Of a stretch of DNA of 64,000 bases, positions 57,943 through 64,000 are shown piece after piece. The translations under genes were made by a program, and so were the position numbers. Every line of letters begins with the position of its first letter. Position 1 is the stretch's first letter. The DNA is from a virus (Duplodnaviria; Caudoviricetes), in IMG/VR virus record IMGVR_UViG_3300029705_000041. The stretch is one strand, 5' to 3'. The notes beneath the pieces are model-generated. The model did no database searches. It saw only the letters and a program-made list of their open reading frames with translations, and had not been told where the DNA came from.

Positions 57943-57980
57943 AAAAAAGAGCCTTGAAATCAAAATCAAAGCTCTTTTCT
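57943..57980 (-). terminator. intrinsic terminator after the tape measure gene
   Basis: AAAAGAGC...GCTCTTTT stem with a T6 tract on the minus strand. Confidence 0.65.
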
Positions 57981-57989
57981 CATATATCG

Positions 57990-60900
57990 CTATTTCTTCT
58001 TTTTGAATTCATTAATCAATCTTCTTGTAAACTCATCAAAGTTTGCGGGATTATTAATGGTAATATGAGCATCTCCAAAAGATGTATCATTAGAATCATA
58101 GTAATTTTGCATTGTCTGCAATAATTCGGGAGTTTCCGAAACCTTATTACCAGATTTTAATATACTTTTATTTAGATAGTTATGACTGGATTGATTTGCT
58201 AAATCGTGTAGTATTTTTGTCTGTTCGGCTGTAAATACAACTTCGCCACCAGAAAAGTTATGGAATTTACCATCAGTAGTGATGTAGGTTTCGCCACCGT
58301 TTTCATCTACTTCGTGCCAACCCTTTGTGGCATTCATAGTACCGGATGCATAACCCATCTTTTTCTTAACATCACTTAGACTTTCCTTCTTATAACTCAA
58401 ACCTTCGCCATCAATTTTAGCATTTCTCTTTTCGAGATATTTTTGCGCGCTCGCATCATCGCCTCTTGAAATAGCACTTTGAGCTTGTGCCATATAATCA
58501 ATACTACTATCATAAGTAACTCTTGAAGATGAGTTGCCACCGCTACCATAACTATATCCTTTATTTTGGAAATTAGATGATGTGGTCTGTTTAGTAGAAG
58601 AAGCAGAACTAATAGCAACATTTCCTAGTTTTGCAACCATTGAATCTATGGCGGCACTAAAACTAGCAACATTGTTTCTTCTTAATTTGTCAATATCAAT
58701 TCCTAAATTTTTGATAGGATTTTCAATATCATCAATGGCTTTTTTGACATCATCAACAGTATCTCCGAGTTCTTCAACAAGTTTGTTATTTCTTTCTTGT
58801 TCATCAGCAAAATCATCAATATTTTCTTGCATTCTATTAAGATTAATCTGTTGATTTTTCTCATCAAGAGCTTTCTGATACTCATATTCTGCATCTGAAA
58901 GGGCTTCGGTTGCGGCACGAACTTTATCTGTATCAGCAACCCATTCCCATTCAAGTTTTCCGTTTCGTTCAACTAATTGACGGATATTTCTTTCTGCAAG
59001 AACATTATTTAATTCTGTCTGCTTTTTAGTTACTTCAAGTTCAGCTTGTGCAATAGCTAATTCTTGCATCTTCAACTCAACTTGTCTTTCATATTCGGCA
59101 GTTATATTTTCAATAAGATATTCTTGACCATTTGCATAAGCATTTTTAATTTGTCTATTGAAATTTTTAGTTAAGAGTGAAATATCTTCATCAATATCGC
59201 CAATAACTTTTGATACAGCAGTGTAATCTTCCTCATTATAAATTAGGCTATATTCATAATCACTTAAATAAGATTTTGAAATTCTTGAATCGGCAATGGC
59301 TTTATCTGCTTCATGTTGTGCTTCGGTTAATTTGTTAATAGCATCATATTGTTTTGATTTTACATCAAGTAATGCCTGTTCCTTTACAATTTGATTATCT
59401 ATTTCTTCATTGATTTCACCGATTTTATCAGCATAATCATTATATATCTTATCCATTGTAGATAAGACTGTATCTCTATAATTTTGATATTGCTCTAAAT
59501 ATGCTTCTTGCCATTCTTCTTCACTTTCAAACAAAGACCTATAATAATCTGATTGCATCCAAGCAAGAATTCTTTCCCTTGCCTTAATTTCGTTATCGCC
59601 ATTTTCCCAGCCAAGAAGTTTACTTCTTTCAATATAATCGTCCGAGAGTTCTAAACGTCTATCAAAAATTTCTCTCAAAGAGTCATTTTTGTTTTCTTCG
59701 GCATCCCACCACTGTTTCTGGAGGTCTTGAATTTCTTCTGAATCTTCTGCATATCCCAAAGCTCTTAAAGCTTCGGCTTCTTCGTGAAGTTTATTTTGAA
59801 TATTTGTATATTTCGATACAATAGTGCCACTAAATTCTTCTGCCGAGCCATCATCGTAAACTGTAACGAAATCCTTTAAATGCTTTTTAGCAAGTTCAAT
59901 AGTGTTTTCAATAGATGATACAGCTTTTTCATATACATCAGTAATTGTTTTAAGAATATTTTCTTCGGCATCCCACCAAAGTTCTTGTAACTCCTGAATG
60001 GTTTCAGAGTTGTCATCCAAACCATTATTTCTATATTCTTCTGCCTTTGCATGAACTTTTTCCTGTATATCACGATAATAGGCGATAATTTGGTCTGATG
60101 GTTTTTTAGTTAAGAAATATTCATCATGCAATTTATGAATTCTATTTGCGAATTGTTCAGCTTGTGTAATAGAATCTTCTCCAGTAAACATACCCATATT
60201 AATGTCTACATCAATAGGGTTTCCAATAAGCAACTCATTTGCATAATGTTCTAATTGCTCTGGAGATAAAACTTCACCATTTGGCAGAATGGGAGTAACA
60301 ACAATGGTTTTTGAACCATCTTCATTAGAAAACGAAGATGAAAATACAGTTGCAATTTCTCCATCAACAACATCTTGCCAACCTGCATTTTTTAGTTTAG
60401 AAGTATCAACCTTTGGTCTAATAGTAAAATCAATTTTACCATCTCCATTATAAGAAAGAAGTTCCTTATATATATTTTCGATATTTTGTAAATATGTGTC
60501 ATCAACTAAACCAATTTTTGAATTTTGATTATTTATTAAAGTTATCTTATGTTCAATATCATTAATATAATCATCAAATAAACTTTTGGATTTTTCGTAA
60601 ACTTCTTCTTTATATTTATAATATTCCTCTAATTCTATTTGCCCTGTATCATAGGCATTTTGGTAAGAACTTTTTAACCAATCAAAATATTCTTTGTCAG
60701 TCTCTTTTTCAGTATTAACCAAATGTTGATGATAATCATAATCAAGTTCAAATTGAGATTTTTCAGATTTATCAGTTGAGGTACTTACAGGTTTAATGTC
60801 AACATTTCCTTCAGAAAATGCTCGTCCTCTACGTTTTCCATGTGTAATTTTGCCTTTTTCAAAAATTTGTTTTGTTTGCTCGGCATTAAAAATTATATCA

Positions 60901-63900
60901 TCTTTACGATATGTGAAAAATTCAGCAGAATCAGAACCAATAGTAAAGAATTTTCCATCTCTTACAACAAGTTCTTCTCCTAATTCTCCACCTAATGCGA
61001 TTCCGGAACCTTTTTTGCCCCAATTTCCATGTTTAACATTTCCGCCGGCAAAAGCAGTACCATCAGCGTGAGCAGTACCATCAACATCTCCACCGCCGAA
61101 TACTTTTGCAACAACGCTAACAACCTTACTTTTTATACTATCTATAAGACCTTTTAAGCCTTGTAGCGCACTTTCTCCAGAGGTTGTTGCAGATACAGTA
61201 ACAGCTTTAGAGTTTGTGTTTTCAATGGCACTATCTAAATTTTCAACATCGCCGGTACCGGTAACGTTAGCATTCACATTCGCTGTCTTATCAGGAACTG
61301 CATTAATCGCTCCGGTAGTTAAATTAATTGTCGCAATAGCGTCTCCGTTTTCAGCACGAAGTGTAGCAGTGCCGGCTTTAGCATCATAATCTGAAATGGC
61401 AAAATTTGTTTCGCCTATCTTTGCCATTACTGGTGTGTTATCTGCCGAAAGGGTTACATAACATTCTTGTCCGTTAAGTTCCGCTAAATCTCCTTTTAGC
61501 CCTTCGATAGCACCAAGGTTTTCAACATCAGCATAAACATTAAATTTAATATTGCCCTCTTTATCTAATACCTGTATTTCTTTTGTTAGTGTATTTATAA
61601 CCTCAAGGTTTCCTTCGGCATCTATATGAAAAACGATATCTTTATCTTTTTTTAATTTTGCTATGGCATTTCCAGCCTCGTTTAAAACCTCGGCATCACC
61701 ATTAACATCAATATTGAACGAGATGTTATCGTAGTTGCGTAATTCATCAATAGAGTGTGCGTATTCATCAATTCCGGATGTTCCGCTGTATGTGGCTTTT
61801 ATTTCAATGATTTTCGATTCAGGTAAAAGTTCAATTTTTCCATTTACTAAATCAATCGTACCTATAGTGTTCCCGTCTTCTGCATACAAAGTTGCTGTAC
61901 CGGTTGACTCATCATAGTCTTGTAGAGTGTATGAAACATCATCAATCACTGCTCTCGCTGGAGAACCATCAGCATTAAAGGTAATCTTACAGTCTTTATT
62001 ATTAAGAGCCTCTACTTTATCGGTGTAGTCGTCAATGTCATCACCGTCAACTTCTGTGTTAACTTTGACATTAAGGGTTTTATCTCCGCCGCCCCAAACA
62101 TCATTGATTTGTTTGGTGAAATTTGTAATAACTGAAACTTCGCCTGTATCCACATTGATTTTAACTTCTTTGTCTTCGGGGATTAATCCTATTTGATGAG
62201 CAAAATTTGAGAGCTGTTCTTCTTTTTGCTCAAGCCCCATATCATCGGTAAACAAACCTTCGTATTCATATAAGCCTTTGGCGCTATTTAAGAATTTGTT
62301 AATACCCACATCGCCGGCGGCAATTACATCCTGAAGGGAATTAAATCCGGAAGCATATATGGAGGTGCCTTCGATTGCGTTCTTTACAAAATCCTGAACA
62401 CCTTCTGACTCGCCCAAATCTCTCATATCCTTATATACGGCATTGATTGAATCACCAGTCACTTGTGTTGCTTCTGTAAATCCTCGCTTTAAAAGAGCAG
62501 CACCTCGTACTGCATTTTCTGAAGTTTCTCCGATAGTTTCTTTAAAACCAATGTAATCATTTACTACGCTGTCTAATTTACCATCTTGAATTGCTTGGTT
62601 TAAATCGAGAGTACCCTGTTTTGCAATGGCAAACTTTTGTGATATGTAGTCGGTATTCATACCGACTTCTTTGAGCTTTTTTCCATAATCCTCGAAGAAG
62701 CCAATGTCCGTTCTTTCTCCATAAGAGTTGCCGGAAAGAACATCGCTTGCTAATGTCTGGGCTAAAATGTCAGTTCCGTCTCTGACTGCTTTTTCAAAAT
62801 TTTCAACCGTGGTTTCATCTTTCTGAATTGTTCCTGTTTTTTTATCATTAATCAGTTTGCTGATTTCATTACCAATCACCAAGGCATCTGCACCGAACAT
62901 CATATCATAATATTCGTGAACCAAATCACCATAACCCATTTTTTCAATATTAGCATAAATCTCTTTTGCATCTTGTTTGAGCTTATACTCTTGAGATGCT
63001 CTCAGGTCGAGGTCTGTGATACTATCAAGCCGTCCGTAATTACTTCCGAGGGATTGTATATCTCCAAGTATTTGTGTTAAATCTGTGTACCTTTGCTTAT
63101 CAGAAGACAATCTCTTTTTTGCATTGCTATAATCAGTGGCATCTAATTTAGAAAAATAGTCTTCAACATCACTAATCATTTCTCCACGTTCTGTAACAGA
63201 TAATAGGTTGATTGTCTTTTTAAGCTCACCCGTATTTGCCTCAATATTGAGTTCATACTTATCATTGACCAATGCTGCAATTTCTTCAAGTCTTGCTTTA
63301 GCACTATCAATTTGTTCTTGTGTGCTTGAAGGTGTGTTGATTATTAACTCCAGAGCCTTCACTTCTGACATTAAATTGTTTAGTTCCACAATTCTATCAG
63401 AGTGTTCCTTTATCTGTTCTGTATCCTCAGCTAAGGTCGCGCCTATTTTTAAATCATCTGAATGTTTCTTTGTTTTGTATATTGCAACACCAATTGCAGT
63501 TATAGCTGCAACAGCTGCTAAAGCTGGAACAGGAATTGCACCAAGAACACTAACTAATCCGCCTAATCCTTTCGCTCCGATGAATTTTTTCAAACCAAAA
63601 GCGCCAGCACCAGCTAAAACTGTTCCGAAACTTCCTAAAGCATTTACTACTGCATCTACACCGTTTACAATTCCCCTAAGTGCATCTACTCCAAACTTTA
63701 CAAAATCCGCACTTAAAAAGTCTTGTGATAATCCTTCCCAGGCTGCTTTTAACTGCAACTGTTTTGCTTCTACAGAATCTAACCACTTTTCATGTTCTTT
63801 CATTGCAGAACCATCTGAACCCATAGATACTGCAAGTGCTTCTCTAGCCTCATCAAAGTTATTCATCAATGAAGCCATTACATTACCTTGGTGTTTACCA

Positions 63901-64000
63901 GCTAATAATTCAATAATACTTGCTTGTTGAATATCAGTAAGTCCGCCCCATTTTTGAGCTAATTCATCTAATATCTGATATGTAGACTTAAATTCATCTT
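57990..64000 (-). CDS. tail tape measure protein (5'-partial, runs off the window)
   Basis: Frame is open to 64000 (DEFKSTYQILDELAQKW...LAGKHQGNV, TP901-type core); TM-like segment, long coiled coils, HADGT and YASGT motifs. Confidence 0.9.
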   Translation of the reverse strand, partial: DEFKSTYQILDELAQKWGGLTDIQQASIIELLAGKHQGNVMASLMNNFDEAREALAVSMGSDGSAMKEHEKWLDSVEAKQLQLKAAWEGLSQDFLSADFVKFGVDALRGIVNGVDAVVNALGSFGTVLAGAGAFGLKKFIGAKGLGGLVSVLGAIPVPALAAVAAITAIGVAIYKTKKHSDDLKIGATLAEDTEQIKEHSDRIVELNNLMSEVKALELIINTPSSTQEQIDSAKARLEEIAALVNDKYELNIEANTGELKKTINLLSVTERGEMISDVEDYFSKLDATDYSNAKKRLSSDKQRYTDLTQILGDIQSLGSNYGRLDSITDLDLRASQEYKLKQDAKEIYANIEKMGYGDLVHEYYDMMFGADALVIGNEISKLINDKKTGTIQKDETTVENFEKAVRDGTDILAQTLASDVLSGNSYGERTDIGFFEDYGKKLKEVGMNTDYISQKFAIAKQGTLDLNQAIQDGKLDSVVNDYIGFKETIGETSENAVRGAALLKRGFTEATQVTGDSINAVYKDMRDLGESEGVQDFVKNAIEGTSIYASGFNSLQDVIAAGDVGINKFLNSAKGLYEYEGLFTDDMGLEQKEEQLSNFAHQIGLIPEDKEVKINVDTGEVSVITNFTKQINDVWGGGDKTLNVKVNTEVDGDDIDDYTDKVEALNNKDCKITFNADGSPARAVIDDVSYTLQDYDESTGTATLYAEDGNTIGTIDLVNGKIELLPESKIIEIKATYSGTSGIDEYAHSIDELRNYDNISFNIDVNGDAEVLNEAGNAIAKLKKDKDIVFHIDAEGNLEVINTLTKEIQVLDKEGNIKFNVYADVENLGAIEGLKGDLAELNGQECYVTLSADNTPVMAKIGETNFAISDYDAKAGTATLRAENGDAIATINLTTGAINAVPDKTANVNANVTGTGDVENLDSAIENTNSKAVTVSATTSGESALQGLKGLIDSIKSKVVSVVAKVFGGGDVDGTAHADGTAFAGGNVKHGNWGKKGSGIALGGELGEELVVRDGKFFTIGSDSAEFFTYRKDDIIFNAEQTKQIFEKGKITHGKRRGRAFSEGNVDIKPVSTSTDKSEKSQFELDYDYHQHLVNTEKETDKEYFDWLKSSYQNAYDTGQIELEEYYKYKEEVYEKSKSLFDDYINDIEHKITLINNQNSKIGLVDDTYLQNIENIYKELLSYNGDGKIDFTIRPKVDTSKLKNAGWQDVVDGEIATVFSSSFSNEDGSKTIVVTPILPNGEVLSPEQLEHYANELLIGNPIDVDINMGMFTGEDSITQAEQFANRIHKLHDEYFLTKKPSDQIIAYYRDIQEKVHAKAEEYRNNGLDDNSETIQELQELWWDAEENILKTITDVYEKAVSSIENTIELAKKHLKDFVTVYDDGSAEEFSGTIVSKYTNIQNKLHEEAEALRALGYAEDSEEIQDLQKQWWDAEENKNDSLREIFDRRLELSDDYIERSKLLGWENGDNEIKARERILAWMQSDYYRSLFESEEEWQEAYLEQYQNYRDTVLSTMDKIYNDYADKIGEINEEIDNQIVKEQALLDVKSKQYDAINKLTEAQHEADKAIADSRISKSYLSDYEYSLIYNEEDYTAVSKVIGDIDEDISLLTKNFNRQIKNAYANGQEYLIENITAEYERQVELKMQELAIAQAELEVTKKQTELNNVLAERNIRQLVERNGKLEWEWVADTDKVRAATEALSDAEYEYQKALDEKNQQINLNRMQENIDDFADEQERNNKLVEELGDTVDDVKKAIDDIENPIKNLGIDIDKLRRNNVASFSAAIDSMVAKLGNVAISSASSTKQTTSSNFQNKGYSYGSGGNSSSRVTYDSSIDYMAQAQSAISRGDDASAQKYLEKRNAKIDGEGLSYKKESLSDVKKKMGYASGTMNATKGWHEVDENGGETYITTDGKFHNFSGGEVVFTAEQTKILHDLANQSSHNYLNKSILKSGNKVSETPELLQTMQNYYDSNDTSFGDAHITINNPANFDEFTRRLINEFKKKK

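Larger units (their letters stand above)
1..64000. mobile_element. Segment of a large temperate tailed phage genome (replication/metabolism arm on +, tail/lysis arm on -)
   Basis: Tape measure, tail genes, holins, endolysins, Sak/SSB/DnaB/primase/DnaE and a serine integrase; phage genes on both sides of the integrase; no host housekeeping operons. Confidence 0.95.

Noticed and set aside
63208-63930. 240-aa + strand ORF and other short antisense ORFs in the track
   Set aside because: They lie opposite well-supported genes and have shadow-ORF composition
1-64000. Stop-codon reassignment (alternative genetic code)
   Set aside because: Long genes are intact under code 11, all three stops are used, and the split genes are frame changes, not in-frame stops
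1-64000. CRISPR array, tRNA or rRNA genes
   Set aside because: No regularly spaced repeats or cloverleaf-like sequences were seen and intergenic gaps are short; tRNAscan was not run

Overview
This AT-rich window is part of a large temperate, long-tailed phage, probably of an anaerobic Firmicute (Clostridia-like) host. It has two convergent arms. The + strand arm (1-36.6 kb) carries: tRNA/RNA-repair genes (CCA-adding enzyme, RNA ligase, PNK-HD); a P-type ATPase-TerD x3-PspA membrane module; DNA-modification genes (MT-A70, Dam-like, radical SAM, two PAPS-reductase-like); a Tad2-like anti-defence gene; a replication module (Sak, SSB, DnaB, primase, DnaE); a macrodomain plus WGR-PARP pair; nucleotide metabolism genes (ThyX, Gmk, NrdDG, dUTPase); and a large serine integrase with a candidate intact attP. 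The - strand arm (64-36.8 kb) carries the tape measure, holins, tail genes, a complete diversity-generating retroelement (2436-aa target with VR, hairpin, tandem double Avd, TR, RT) and two endolysins. Four observations stand out. (1) The integrase SD is buried in a hairpin whose anti-SD arm has a perfect 18-nt complement just beyond attP, suggesting an RNA switch that depends on integration state. (2) Three DNA-modification genes are each broken by one missing base in a G5/C5 run, suggesting phase variation. (3) The phage encodes a PARP writer next to a TARG1-like eraser. (4) A 16-bp motif recurs 7 times, mostly at promoters and gene boundaries. All calls come from motif recognition by eye; no database search was run.
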